Part shown: in pieces, positions 8,685-18,141 of the stretch
Layout: every line of letters begins with the position of its first letter
Numbering within the stretch: the stretch's first letter is position 1
Source: an uncultured Acidimicrobiaceae bacterium
GTDB taxonomy: Bacteria; Actinomycetota; Acidimicrobiia; Acidimicrobiales; Salinilacustritrichaceae
Direction: 5' to 3'
Length of the DNA: 64,000 bases
NCBI GenBank assembly: GCA_963704815.1
Contig: CAVPHU010000004.1
Span: forward strand, 2,354-66,353
Program-made: the position numbers and the translations under genes
The notes under the pieces: model-generated
The model's database searches: none
Seen by the model: the letters and a program-made list of their open reading frames with translations, nothing else
What the model was told of the DNA's origin: nothing

Positions 8685-10436
8685 GTGATGGGCGCTGAGG
8701 GCGGCCAGACCGAGCACCGAGCCGCGTCGGAAACAAGCGCGATCAAACGCTTCGTTCCGATCCTGGTCTGGCTGCCGCAGTACCAGCGGTCATGGCTGAC
8801 GAAAGATGTGATCGCCGGGCTGTCGGTGTGGGCGCTGATGGTGCCCACCTCGCTCGGTTACGCGTCGCTGAGCGGCGTCCCGGTCCAGAACGGGTTGTAC
8901 GCCGCGGCGTTCGGCATGATCGTGTTCGCACTCTTCACCACCTCGAAGCAGCTGGTGCAAGGCCCGGGTTCGTCGACCGCCCCGGTTCTGGGTGCCGCGA
9001 TCGTGTCGATCGGAGCGGCGGGCTCCGAGGACGCAGTGGCGATCGCCACGGCCATCGTGCTTGTCGCCGGGCTGCTGTTCGTGATCATGGCCGTACTCAA
9101 GATGGGCTGGATCGCCGAGTTCCTCTCGGCGGCCGTGCTGACCGGGTTCATCTTCGGCGTCGCCATCAACGTCGTGTCCGGTGAGCTCTTCAAGATCACA
9201 GGGACCGAGAAGTCGGGTTCGAACACGTGGCAGAAGCTCTGGGAGTGGGCGACGAGCCTGTCCGACGCGAACCGGACCACGGTCGCCGTCGGCGTCGTGG
9301 CGCTGGTCGTGTTGTTCGGCCTCAAGTTCCTCGCGCCGAAGGTTCCAGCTGAACTGGTCGCAGTGGTCCTCGGCATTCTCGCGACCGTGGTCTTCGATCT
9401 CGGCGACCGCGGAGTCGAACTGATCGCCGACGTGCCGCGAGGCCTCCCGAATCCCTCGTTCCCCGACCTGCAGATCATCTTCGACAACTGGTCGGTGGTG
9501 GTCGGGGCAGCGGTCGGGCTGGTGCTCATCGGGTTCTCGGTGACGACCGCCGGGGTGCGCCAGTACGCGACCAAGCACAACTACCGGATCGACGTCGACC
9601 AGGAACTGCTCGCCCAGGGCATGTCGAACGTGTCGTCGAGCGTGTTCCAGGGGATCTTCAACAACGGCAGCCTCTCCAAGAGCCCGGTCAACGACGGCGC
9701 CGGGGCGCAGTCACAGGTATCGAGCCTCGCCCAGGGTGGCTTCGTCATCCTGACCCTGCTCTTCCTCGCGCCGATCTTCTCGAAGCTCCCCGAGGCGGTG
9801 CTCGGAGCGATCATCATCGAGGCCGTGACGCTCGGCATGATGAACGTCGGCGAGATGAAGCGACTGGTCACCGTCAAACGGTATGAGTTCGGCGCTGCGC
9901 TCGCCGCCCTGCTCGGTGTCATGACCTTCGGCATCCTGCAAGGTGTCTTCATCGGAGTCGGGATCTCGATGATCTGGCTGATCGCGGTCTCGGCGTTGCC
10001 GTACATCCCTGAGCTGGGGCGCAAGCCCGGGACCGATGCGTTCTACGACCTCGAGCAGCACGACGACTGTGAGACGATCGAAGGACTGAAGATCCTCCGG
10101 TTCGACGGCGGGTTGTTCTTCGTCAATGCCGATGCCCTCGCTGACCGTCTCCGCCAGATCCGGGTCGAGGTACCGACGGGGCTCGACGGGGTGATCCTGA
10201 GCATGGAGGGCATCAACTTCATCGACACCGAGGGAGCCGACGTCTTGATCGCGATCGCCCGGGCCGGCATCGACCAGAGCATCGACCTGCACCTCGCCCG
10301 CGTGAAGCCACAGGTGATCGAGGTGCTCGAGCGGGACGGCTTCTTCGACCTCGTCGATCGGGGCCACGTCCACGACAACATCGAGGCCGCGGTCGCCATG
10401 CATCAGACGCTCCACCCGAGCGCACCCGCTGACTGA
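8685..10436 (+). CDS. SulP family anion transporter with C-terminal STAS domain
   Basis: N-terminal LPQYQRSWLTKDVIAGLSVWALMVPTSLGYASLSGVP, multiple TM segments, and a STAS-like tail (ILRFDGGLFFVNADAL...). Confidence 0.85.
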   Translation: MMGAEGGQTEHRAASETSAIKRFVPILVWLPQYQRSWLTKDVIAGLSVWALMVPTSLGYASLSGVPVQNGLYAAAFGMIVFALFTTSKQLVQGPGSSTAPVLGAAIVSIGAAGSEDAVAIATAIVLVAGLLFVIMAVLKMGWIAEFLSAAVLTGFIFGVAINVVSGELFKITGTEKSGSNTWQKLWEWATSLSDANRTTVAVGVVALVVLFGLKFLAPKVPAELVAVVLGILATVVFDLGDRGVELIADVPRGLPNPSFPDLQIIFDNWSVVVGAAVGLVLIGFSVTTAGVRQYATKHNYRIDVDQELLAQGMSNVSSSVFQGIFNNGSLSKSPVNDGAGAQSQVSSLAQGGFVILTLLFLAPIFSKLPEAVLGAIIIEAVTLGMMNVGEMKRLVTVKRYEFGAALAALLGVMTFGILQGVFIGVGISMIWLIAVSALPYIPELGRKPGTDAFYDLEQHDDCETIEGLKILRFDGGLFFVNADALADRLRQIRVEVPTGLDGVILSMEGINFIDTEGADVLIAIARAGIDQSIDLHLARVKPQVIEVLERDGFFDLVDRGHVHDNIEAAVAMHQTLHPSAPAD

Positions 10437-10465
10437 CGACGCCGGGACCGTTCACCATCGGGTGC

Positions 10466-11728
10466 TCAGGCGTGCGGCTCGGGAACCTCGACTCGCCGTG
10501 ACTTGATCAGCGCGACGACGATGGAGGTCGTCAGGTATGCCGTCGCGACAGCGATGACGACCGGTGCGGCCGTGAGTGGGCCGAGGCCCACGGCGAGCAC
10601 GGCGATGAACGTGAGCCCGATCGGTGCCTTGATCGTCGCCCCTGGGACGGCCGCCAGCATGCACCCGACCGCGATCGCGTACGGGATGTCGGGAAACATC
10701 AGGTGTGCGACGACGCCGGCGGCGCCGCCCACGAAGAGCATCGGCAGCACGTTGCCGCCGATGAAGCCCGTGGCGAGGCTGATCGCCATCGCCAGCATCT
10801 TGCCGACGAGCACCGCGACGAGCAGCCAGATGCTGATCGAGGCCGACTCGTCGATCACCGTGGTGAGCTGATCGTTCCCGGCTCCGACGGTCAACGGGAG
10901 TGCGAACGCGATCAGCCCGACGAGCGCGCCACCGACGGCGCCGCGTACATACGGATTCGGCAACTTCGCAGCGACCGCCTGGATCAGCTTCACGATGACG
11001 ACGAACACGATCATGATTGCGCTCGACGCGATGCCGAGACCTGCGCCGACGAGGAGGTGCCAGCTCGCGAAGTCGTCGACGGGAACGGCGAAGCTGTTGA
11101 GGAACGTCGTTCCGACCGCGCCGAAGAACACGGCGAAGGCGACGGTCGCGGCGATCAGTTGCGGCAGGATCGACTCGATGTACCGGTCCTTCGGGGTCGG
11201 TGCCAGCTCGCTGACGATCAGGGTGCCGAGACCCGGCGAGGTGAACGCACCACCGAAGCCGCCGGAGATGCCCATCATCGTGGCGTCGAGACGGGCCGTC
11301 TCGTCTCCGGGCCACCGCTTCGAGGCGATCCACGACCCGAGCCCGCCGCCCAGCATGACCAGGGCGAACGATGGCCCGAGGCTGGCGCCTGCGATCGCGG
11401 AGACGGCCGAAAGGAGGACCCACGACGGTGCGACCTTGTGGTCGACCGAACCGGATTCGATGACGGCGACGCCACCGGGCACGTGATCGGTGATGTTCAG
11501 CCAGCTGCGCACCGCCGCCGCAACCAGCCCGCCGGCCGCGACGAACGGGATCCACCACCAGTCGCCGGACCAGGTGTCGATCCGTGGATCACCGAAGATC
11601 CGATCGGTCAACCCGCCGGTGATCCCGAGATAGACGAGGCCGAGCAGGCCGATGACGAGTCCCATCGCCAGTGCGATGGCGAGAAGTTGTCGGTACCACG
11701 GTCGGTCGATGGGGAGCGCTGTCGTCAT
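10466..11728 (-). CDS. ClC-family voltage-gated chloride channel / H+-Cl- antiporter homologue
   Basis: ~10 TM segments. ClC-like motifs GASLGPSFALV and GGFGGAFTSP. Start taken at MTTALPIDRPWY. Confidence 0.7.
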   Translation of the reverse strand: MTTALPIDRPWYRQLLAIALAMGLVIGLLGLVYLGITGGLTDRIFGDPRIDTWSGDWWWIPFVAAGGLVAAAVRSWLNITDHVPGGVAVIESGSVDHKVAPSWVLLSAVSAIAGASLGPSFALVMLGGGLGSWIASKRWPGDETARLDATMMGISGGFGGAFTSPGLGTLIVSELAPTPKDRYIESILPQLIAATVAFAVFFGAVGTTFLNSFAVPVDDFASWHLLVGAGLGIASSAIMIVFVVIVKLIQAVAAKLPNPYVRGAVGGALVGLIAFALPLTVGAGNDQLTTVIDESASISIWLLVAVLVGKMLAMAISLATGFIGGNVLPMLFVGGAAGVVAHLMFPDIPYAIAVGCMLAAVPGATIKAPIGLTFIAVLAVGLGPLTAAPVVIAVATAYLTTSIVVALIKSRRVEVPEPHA

Positions 11729-11883
11729 GATGGTGCCTCTGGTCTCGTTCGGCCGCGACGATCTCGGGCGCGTGCAGGTGATCACCCGCGGGTGGGTCGA
11801 AACCACTCTGGCAGCTGCCAGTCGGTGGGTGATCACTCGAATCGAGCGATTGGCACACCGATCGAGTCTGGGAAGATGGCCGT

Positions 11884-12558
11884 ATGAGCGACGAAGAGTC
11901 CCCGGACGTCGAAGCCGACGGCATCAAGGAACGACTGCGCAGCCCCGATCGGGTGGTTGCGTTGAGTGACGGCGTGTTCGCGATCATCATCACGATCCTG
12001 GTGCTCGAAATCGCCGTTCCGGAGGATCTCCCGGAACAGTCGCTCTTGCGGGCGCTCGAAGATCTGCGTCCCACCTTCGTCGCCTGGGTGATCAGCTTCC
12101 TGCTCACGGGCATGTTCTGGGTCGCCCATCGCGATGTCTTCGCCCGCGTCCGGGTCGTCAACCGCGATCTCGTTTGGCTGAACCTGCTCTTCCTGCTCCC
12201 GGTGAGCCTGATCCCGTTCGCAGCGTCGGTGCTCGGCCAGTACCCCGACGAACCGGTCGCCATGCACCTGTACGGCGTCGTGCTGATCACGGCCACCCTG
12301 ATGCGGTTCGCGCTCTACCGGTACGTGGTCACGCGCCCGACGTTGTTGTGGCCGACCATGACGACGGATCGGGCTCGCCTGTGGCTCGCCCTCACGGCGT
12401 CGCCGATCGCGCTGTACGCCGTGGCCATGGTCGTTGCCGACGCGTCCACCGCGCTGAGTGCCGTGCTCTACTTCTCGGTCCCGGTGGTGTACTTCGTCGC
12501 CATCACCCTGCTGCGTCGACATCCGAGCACTCGATCCGAGGCCGACGAGTTCACGTGA
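11884..12558 (+). CDS. TMEM175/DUF1211 family (putative K+ channel) protein
   Basis: Signature RVVALSDGVFAIIITILVLEI followed by five further TM segments. Confidence 0.75.
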   Translation: MSDEESPDVEADGIKERLRSPDRVVALSDGVFAIIITILVLEIAVPEDLPEQSLLRALEDLRPTFVAWVISFLLTGMFWVAHRDVFARVRVVNRDLVWLNLLFLLPVSLIPFAASVLGQYPDEPVAMHLYGVVLITATLMRFALYRYVVTRPTLLWPTMTTDRARLWLALTASPIALYAVAMVVADASTALSAVLYFSVPVVYFVAITLLRRHPSTRSEADEFT

Positions 12559-12727
12559 ATTCTCGCATCCCGAACGGTGGGTGACGTCCACGCCACGGCG
12601 CGAACCCTCCGATTCGTGTTGGTCGATGCCGATCGATCGCAACCCGTTGGGTTTCAAAATGGTTGCAAGCAGGCCATTTGCACTCGAGCGTGTCGTACGC
12701 CGAATTCGTAGAACCCCAGTTCAACGG

Positions 12728-12814
<87 letters not shown>

Positions 12815-12862
12815 GAGTGGATCGGGAACCTTACCGCCGATTCCTCGGGCGGCGACAGTCGG

Positions 12863-12969
12863 AATGTCCCGCACTTCCCGGTGGGGCGTGCGGTTCGCGG
12901 CCACTCCGCCGGGAAGTTGCCAGAGCGTTGACGTACTTCCCGGTGGGGCGTGCGGTTCGCGGCCACTCG
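12863..12969. repeat. Two tandem copies (62-nt period) of a 45-nt palindromic unit ACTTCCCGG-N27-CCGGGAAGT (family 1)
   Basis: Copies at 12863-12907 and 12925-12969. The same pair occurs at 63362-63468. Confidence 0.9.
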
Positions 12970-13024
12970 GCCGGGAAGTTGCGAGCGCGGGAGCGGAAGG
13001 GTCGGACTGGCCTCAACGCGTACG

Positions 13025-13696
13025 ATGCACGCCGTGGGTCTGAAGGGGTTCGAACGACGACTGGAACGGATGGTCGAGGGTGCCTTCGCCGTCGCGTTCA
13101 AGAGCGGACTGCGCCCCGTCGAACTGGGGCGCAGGCTGACCCGCGAGATGGACAACAACCGCTCGGTCGGCGTGAAGGGACAGCCCGTCGCCCCGAACTC
13201 CTTCACGTTCTGGATCGGCCCCGAGGACGACCAGCAGTTCGCCGACGTCTACGACAGCCTCGAGCGCGAGCTGGCCGACGCCGCCCGCGAGCACGCCCGC
13301 GACGAGGGCTACCGATTCATGGGCCCGGTCGAGATCGAGTTCCAGGTCGACCAGAAGCGCCGCGCCGGCACCTTCGAGGTCGAAGCACGGCTGCGCAGCG
13401 GCGACGGATCAGGCGGCGGACCCGGCTCGTTGGTGCTCCCCACCGGCGACCGGTTCACCCTCACCCAGGCCATCGTGACCGTGGGCCGGATGGCCGAGTG
13501 CAACCTCGTGCTGGCCGATCCGAACGTCAGCCGCAACCACGCAGAGATCCGACCCGAGGGCGACGGCTACAAGGTGGTCGACCTCGGATCGACCAACGGA
13601 ACCAAGATCAACGGCATCCGAGTGCAGGAGCACGTGCTGTCCGACGGCGACGAGGTCGCCTTCGGCAACACGGTCCTGCGCTTCGAAGCGTCCTAG
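13025..13696 (+). CDS. fhaA: FhaA: FHA-domain protein with N-terminal DUF3662
   Basis: GLKGFERRLERMVEGAF N-terminus. C-terminal FHA: VTVGRMAECNLVLADPNVSRNHAEI...VVDLGSTNGTKINGIRV. Synteny with fhaB-pstP. Confidence 0.85.
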   Translation: MHAVGLKGFERRLERMVEGAFAVAFKSGLRPVELGRRLTREMDNNRSVGVKGQPVAPNSFTFWIGPEDDQQFADVYDSLERELADAAREHARDEGYRFMGPVEIEFQVDQKRRAGTFEVEARLRSGDGSGGGPGSLVLPTGDRFTLTQAIVTVGRMAECNLVLADPNVSRNHAEIRPEGDGYKVVDLGSTNGTKINGIRVQEHVLSDGDEVAFGNTVLRFEAS

Positions 13697-13714
13697 GCCG
13701 AGGCGACCTCACCC

Positions 13715-14173
13715 GTGTCCGAAGAACTCCTCCAGATCCTGAAGCTGTGCCTCATGGCACTGCTCTACCTCTTCTTCTTCCGCGTCCTGCGAGCCGTGTG
13801 GGTCGAAGTCCGGGCACCGGCGCTCGCGGCCGGAGGCGCCGCTTCCCGCGAGCGGCGACCCAAGGCGAAGCGGGCACGCCCGATCGCCGCGCCGCAGCTG
13901 CACGTGGTCGAGCCCGCCGAGATCGCCGGCACCGCCTACGCACTCGGCGACGAGCTCACCGTCGGTCGGGCCGCCGGCTGCCAGATCACGCTCGATGACA
14001 CCTACGCCAGCCAGCTGCATGCGAGGGTGTTCAATCGGGGCGGGGAGTTGTACGTCGAGGATCTGGGCTCGACCAACGGCACCTACCTCAATCGACGCAA
14101 GGTGGCGGGCCCGATGGTGATGAAACGCGGTGACCGGGTGCAGATCGGCTCGACCGTGCTGGAGCTTCGATGA
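13715..14173 (+). CDS. fhaB: FhaB/FipA: membrane-anchored FHA-domain protein
   Basis: N-terminal TM LKLCLMALLYLFFF. FHA: LTVGRAAGCQITLDDTYASQLHARV...VEDLGSTNGTYLNRRKV. Its stop overlaps the pstP ATG (ATGA). Confidence 0.85.
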   Translation: MSEELLQILKLCLMALLYLFFFRVLRAVWVEVRAPALAAGGAASRERRPKAKRARPIAAPQLHVVEPAEIAGTAYALGDELTVGRAAGCQITLDDTYASQLHARVFNRGGELYVEDLGSTNGTYLNRRKVAGPMVMKRGDRVQIGSTVLELR

Positions 14174-16819
14174 CCATCTTCAACCTCCGGGTCGGATCGG
14201 CCACCGACGTCGGCCAACTCCGCAAGATCAACCAGGACGCCATCGTGGTCGACGGCGGCATCTTCGGCGTCGCCGACGGCATGGGTGGCCACCAGGGCGG
14301 CGAGGTCGCCAGCGCAGTGGCCGTCGAGGTCCTCGGACGCGGGATGGCCGCACCCACTCCGTCCGGATTCGAGGCAGCCGTCAAGGCCGCCAACCTGGCG
14401 GTCTACGAACAGGGGCAGGCTCGGGACGAGCTGGCGGGCATGGGCACCACCCTCGTCGCCATCGCCGAGATCGACGTCGACGACGAGGCCCACCTCGTGA
14501 TCGTCAACGTCGGCGACTCACGTGGCTACCTCCTCCGAGACCGCAAGCTCGTGCAGATCACCGAGGATCACTCCTTGGTCGCCGACCTGGTTCGAGCCGG
14601 CCGCATCACCGCCGAGGAGGCCGAGACCCACCCCCGCCGCAACATCGTCACCCGGGTCCTCGGACTCGACGAGAACGTCAGAGTCGACCAGTTCGCCGTG
14701 CTCCCGTTCGAGGGCGACCGGTTCCTCATGTGCTCCGACGGTCTCACCAACGAGGTCAGCGAAGCCGACATCACCGCCACGCTCGTCCGGGTCGACGACC
14801 CCACCGAGGCCGCCAACACGTTGGTTCGCATGGCCAACGAGGCCGGCGGTCGGGACAACATCAGCGTCGTCATCGTCGACGTGCTCGACGACGACGGCCA
14901 GGCCGTCCGGGCCAGCGCCACCATCGCCGACGAGCCTTCGTCACTCGAGTCCACCGACGATCTGACCGACCTCGCAGACGACGAGGCGGAAGAGCCCGAC
15001 GAGCCGCAGGACGAGCAGGAATCCGACGAGGCGGAAGAGCCCGACGACTCGCAGGACGAGCAGGAATCCGACGAGCTCGACGCCCTGGGCGAGCTCCGGA
15101 CCGCCGGGGTCATCGGCGCGGTCGGCGCCATGAGCGCCGCCAACGCAGCGGGTGCCGCCGGAGCGGTTGGGCCCGATGATCCAGGTCCCGACGAGGAGCC
15201 CTGGGTTCCTGAGCCCGGGTGGCTCGATGAGGACGACGAGATCGACGTGGGCGACGACCTCGCTGACGAGGTGGACCCGACCGAGGAAAGCGACTCCATC
15301 GCCGACGATCTGGAGTCCGAGCAGATCGGCCCATCGGACGCAGGCCGTGCGGGTCAGCCATGGGACGACCAAGCCGCCCCCGACGACCACGACACCGAAG
15401 CCGACCCAGGCCGTGCGGGCGAGCCATCGGACGACCAGGCCGCCCCCGACGACCACGACACCGAAGCCGACCCAGGCCGTGCGGGCGAGCCATCGGACGA
15501 CCAAGCCGCCCCCGACGACGACGACACCGAAGCCGACCAGGCCGTGCGGGCGAGCCATCCAACGACCAAGCCGCCCCCGACGACCACGACACCGAAGCCG
15601 ACCCAGGCCGTGCGGGCGAGCCATCCAACGACCAAGCCGCCCCCGACGACCACGACACCGAAGCCGACCCAGGCCGTGCGGGCGAGCCATCCAACGACCA
15701 AGCCGCCCCCGACGACCACGACACCGAAGCCGACCCAGGCCGTGCGGGCGAGCCATCCAACGACGAGGCCGCCACCGACGACGACGACATCGACCACGAG
15801 AACGCGACCGCCGAGATCGCCGCGCCGACCGCCGAAGCAGACACCGACACGGACGCAGACGACGACGAGGTCACCGACGACGAAGACCCAGAGACCGACG
15901 CGGACGAAGCCTCGCCGCGACGCGGCGCGGCGGCAACGGCCGTCATCGGCGCCACCGGTGCCGCGGCCCTGGCCGGCGGCAAAGCACGCGATTCTGCCGG
16001 AGTCACCATTGCCGCCGACCGGGCACGCACGCCGAAGCCGGAGGCGTCGCAGGCATCCGAGCCGGACGCCGCAGCCGACGACAAGCTCTCGCGCCGCCAA
16101 CGCAAGAAGCAGGCCAAGACCGACGACGCCGCCGCGGCCGACGAGCCAGCAGCCGACGACAAGCTCTCGCGCCGCCAACGCAAGAAGCAGGCCAAGACCG
16201 ACGACGCCGCCGCGACCGGTGCAGCCGCAGTCGCCGACGGCGACGCCCCGACGACGAGCTCGGTCGACGATCTCGCCGGATTCGGTCGGGCGCTCGACGA
16301 CTCACAGCTGGCCGACGCCGAGACGTCGGTGCCGACGACGACGACGACGACCTCGACGACCTCATCCCGACCCGGCGCCGGTTCAGCTGGCGGGTCGCCG
16401 CGTTCCTCTTCCTGTTCTGCGCGGTGATCGGGGTCGCCATCGGCGCCCTCGGCGTCTATGCGCGGGGGACCTACTACGTCGGCTACGACGACAATCGGGT
16501 CGCGATCTTCCAAGGCCGCCCCGGGGGCGTGCTGTTCTTCGACCCCACCGTCGAGGCGCACAGCAACATCATCCGCGCCGAGTTGCTGCCCGTCTCGGCG
16601 GACAAGGTCGACGACGACCCCGATTTCGGCACGTTCGGCGAGGCCCAGGTGTTCATCACCAACCTGCAGCTGGTCGACGTCGACACGCTCCCGGTGACGG
16701 GCGAACCCGGCAGCTTCGACGGCGCGGCCGAACCCCCCGCAACGCCGTCGACGACCGCCATCCCGCTTCCCCCCGAAGCCCCGACGCCGGCAGGCTCCCC
16801 CGACACCACCGCCGGCTGA
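14170..16819 (+). CDS. pstP: PstP: PP2C Ser/Thr phosphatase with a very long acidic repeat linker and a C-terminal TM/extracellular segment. Needs two 1-nt frame corrections (about 15539 and about 16325).
   Basis: PP2C motifs QDAIVVDGGIFGVADGMGGHQGGEVAS and DNISVVIVDV. C-terminal RRRFSWRVAAFLFLFCAVIGV...YYVGYDDNRVAIFQGRPGG lies in another frame and ends at the TGA at 16817-16819. Confidence 0.8.
15343..15800 (+). repeat. About 7 tandem copies of a 66-bp coding repeat (GRAGEPS[D/N]DQAAPDDHDTEADP)
   Basis: Copy starts at 15343, 15409, 15475, 15540, 15606, 15672 and 15738. Copy 3 is 65 nt. Confidence 0.95.
16074..16215 (+). repeat. Two tandem copies of a 78-bp coding repeat (ADDKLSRRQRKKQAKTDDAAA...)
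   Basis: Identical first ~62 nt at 16074 and 16152. Confidence 0.9.
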
Positions 16820-18141
16820 TGGGCCGACTGCGCCGCACGACCGAGCTCGGGCTGCTGGTCCTCGCGGTCATCATCACGACGGGTGCCTACACCCTGGCGA
16901 GCCTCGGCCGAGACGCCACGATTCCGGCCAACATCGGCCCGTTCCTCGCCCTGCTGCTCGCACTGTTCATCGGGGCCCACATCGCCATCCGCAAGCTGGC
17001 GCCGAACGCCGACGGTGTGCTCTTCCCGCTCGCCGCCCTGCTCAACGGCATCGGCTACGTCTTCATCGTCAGGATCGACGAGGCCAAGGCCGATCCCGAC
17101 GGCCTCGCCGCCTACCAGCTCACCTGGACCGCCCTCGGCATCGCCTGCTTCATCGCCACCCTCTTCGTCATCCGCCGAGCCCGCGACCTCGAGCGCTATC
17201 GCTACACCTTTCTCCTGATCGGCGTCGCCCTCCTGGTGATCCCGCTCGTCCCGTTCGTCGGCCGCGAGATCAACGGTGCGCAGATCTGGGTGAGCATCGG
17301 GCCGGTCAACTTCCAGCCGGGCGAGTTCGCGAAGATCGCGCTGGCGCTGTTCTTCGCCGGCTACCTCGTCGAGCGACGCGAACTCCTGGCCATGAGCACC
17401 TGGCGGCTCGGACCGCTCCATCTCCCCGACCCCAAGGTGCTCGGACCGGTCCTGCTGGCCTGGGGGGTCTCCCTCGTCATCATGACCCTCGAGAAGGATC
17501 TCGGAAGCTCGTTGCTGTTCTTCGCTCTGTTCGTCGCCCTGCTGTGGATCGCCACTGAGCGGGTGGGCTACCTCGCGATCGGCGGGGTGCTGTTCGCCGG
17601 CGGGGCCATGCTCGCCTGGTCGACCTTCGCTCACGTGCGCGAACGGGTGGAGATCTGGCTGAACCCGTGGCCGGTGGCGAAGGACGAGGGCTTCCAGGTC
17701 GTCGAAGCCGGGTTCGCGGTGGCCGACGGTCAGCTCACCGGGACCGGCCTGGCCCTCGGCAACCCGCTGCGTATCCCCGAGGTCGAGACCGACTTCATCT
17801 TCGCGGCGATCGCCGAAGAGCTCGGCCTGTTCGGCGGCACTGCGATCCTGGTCGCCTTCATGCTGATGATCGGAGCCGGTCTGCGCATCGCGGTCCGGGC
17901 CGACAACCCGTTCGAGAAGTTGCTGGCGGCCGGGCTCACCACCCTGATCGGGGTGCAGAGCTTCATCATCATCGCCGGGGTCATCCGGGTCCTCCCGCTC
18001 ACCGGGGTCACCCTTCCGTTCGTCAGCTACGGCGGCTCGTCCCTGGTGGCCAACTACATCCTCCTTGCGCTGCTCTTGCGCATCAGCGACACCCGCTCGA
18101 CACGCACCGCCGAGGATGCACTCGAGGCCGTGCCGACATGA
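16819..18141 (+). CDS. rodA: FtsW/RodA/SpoVE-family peptidoglycan polymerase
   Basis: MGRLRRTTELGLLVLAVIITTG..., multi-TM, SEDS motifs (PGEFAKIALALFFAGYL, GVTLPFVSYGGSS). The ATG overlaps the pstP stop (TGATG). Confidence 0.9.
   Translation: MGRLRRTTELGLLVLAVIITTGAYTLASLGRDATIPANIGPFLALLLALFIGAHIAIRKLAPNADGVLFPLAALLNGIGYVFIVRIDEAKADPDGLAAYQLTWTALGIACFIATLFVIRRARDLERYRYTFLLIGVALLVIPLVPFVGREINGAQIWVSIGPVNFQPGEFAKIALALFFAGYLVERRELLAMSTWRLGPLHLPDPKVLGPVLLAWGVSLVIMTLEKDLGSSLLFFALFVALLWIATERVGYLAIGGVLFAGGAMLAWSTFAHVRERVEIWLNPWPVAKDEGFQVVEAGFAVADGQLTGTGLALGNPLRIPEVETDFIFAAIAEELGLFGGTAILVAFMLMIGAGLRIAVRADNPFEKLLAAGLTTLIGVQSFIIIAGVIRVLPLTGVTLPFVSYGGSSLVANYILLALLLRISDTRSTRTAEDALEAVPT

Noticed and set aside
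10452-11887. Arg-rich ORFs 10452-11558(-) and 10703-11887(+) overlapping the ClC gene
   Set aside because: They are off-frame or antisense readings. Only the 10466-11728 minus frame gives a hydrophobic multi-TM protein with ClC-like motifs.
15343-15800. Regular 66-bp periodicity that could be mistaken for a CRISPR array
   Set aside because: The units are contiguous with no unique spacers, are in-frame multiples of 3, and encode a repeated acidic peptide inside pstP. There are no cas genes in the window.
14170-18141. 1323-aa ORF in the track that would fuse the PP2C phosphatase to FtsW/RodA
   Set aside because: The middle third is an Arg/Pro/Thr-rich off-frame reading of the acidic repeats. 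The true PstP C-terminus (TM + YYVGYDD domain) is in another frame and ends at 16819. RodA has its own ATG at 16819 overlapping that stop. The long ORF exists only because all frames are open in this GC-rich repeat.
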